Made by a program: the position numbers and the translations under genes
Assembly (NCBI GenBank): GCA_964599715.1
Contig: CAZRGY010000003.1
Coordinates: 1-32,962, forward strand
Direction: 5' to 3'
Source: an uncultured Verrucomicrobiota bacterium
Lineage (GTDB): Bacteria; Verrucomicrobiota; Verrucomicrobiia; Limisphaerales; JAEYXS01
DNA: 32,962 nucleotides
Notes under the pieces: generated by a model
The model's database searches: none
Seen by the model: only the letters and a program-made list of their open reading frames with translations
Told to the model about the DNA's origin: nothing
Shown here: positions 32,844-32,962 of the stretch, piece after piece
Position numbering within the stretch: position 1 is the first letter of the stretch
How the letters are laid out: each line of letters starts with the position of its first letter

Positions 32844-32960
32844 TCACAGTATCTTGTTCTTCCTTGACTCTTTTTTAATATCCGCTTGCTTCGGAGGCTT
32901 AGCATCTGGCGTGGAGGCTTCATCGATGGTGCAGATGTCTTCTGCGCCGGCCTGCTCGAA
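32844..32960 (-). CDS. Possible 3' end of a minus-strand gene running off the window (38 codons + TGA)
   Basis: Open frame from the window edge: FEQAGAEDICTIDEASTPDAKPPKQADIKKESRKNKIL*. GC content rises sharply from about 32880 to the edge relative to the AT-rich spacer. A second frame is also open, so both frame and reality are uncertain. Confidence 0.25.
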   Translation of the reverse strand, partial: FEQAGAEDICTIDEASTPDAKPPKQADIKKESRKNKIL

Positions 32961-32962
32961 AA

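Noticed and set aside
1-32962. Scan for CRISPR arrays, tRNA/rRNA genes, transposases, integrases or toxin-antitoxin-like pairs
   Set aside because: I saw no regularly spaced direct repeats, no cloverleaf-like or rRNA-like stretches in the few intergenic gaps, and no ORF with DDE, tyrosine-recombinase or serine-recombinase motifs.

Overview
The window is almost entirely one exopolysaccharide/capsule (Wzy-type) biosynthesis, modification and export locus of about 32 kb, tightly packed with many overlapping or near-abutting stop/start codons. I saw no rRNA, tRNA, CRISPR array or transposase. Plus-strand operon 2352-7663: GT2, SAM methyltransferase, Wzy/O-antigen-ligase-family polymerase, GT4, deacetylase-like protein. 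Minus-strand gene train 29983 down to 7714: cyclic-peptide-type ABC half-transporter, orphan NarL/LuxR response regulator, Wzc-like co-polymerase with a degenerate kinase module, two tandem Wza-like lipoproteins, a 2063-aa secreted mosaic protein that looks monocistronic (FN3 / gingipain-like / FN3 / unknown module / Calx-beta / Ig+GH9 / beta module / Calx-beta x2 / C-terminal tail), a stand-alone 880-aa Ig+GH9 paralogue, GT4, uridine-kinase homologue, a bona fide phosphoglycosyl transferase (PGT), a nucleotidyltransferase-LbH-dead-PGT fusion, a stand-alone STAS protein, and an alkaline-phosphatase-superfamily enzyme. Edges: GT2 plus a GlnD-like nucleotidyltransferase (minus, 73-2195), and a GT26(WecB/TagA/CpsF)-STAS fusion plus GT4 (plus, 30255-32559). 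Candidates for something undescribed: (1) a regulatory layer of pseudo-enzymes and STAS domains around the initiation step (dead-PGT fusion, free STAS, GT26-STAS, pseudokinase PCP, GlnD-like NTase), with no partner kinase, phosphatase or sigma factor in view; (2) the giant gingipain-like/GH9 protein, whose GH9 core is a GC-rich island inside the ORF; (3) a peptide-exporter-type ABC transporter where a Wzx flippase would be expected. Domain calls come from reading motifs by eye, with no database search. A PVC-group (Verrucomicrobia-like) origin is a weak guess from protein style only.
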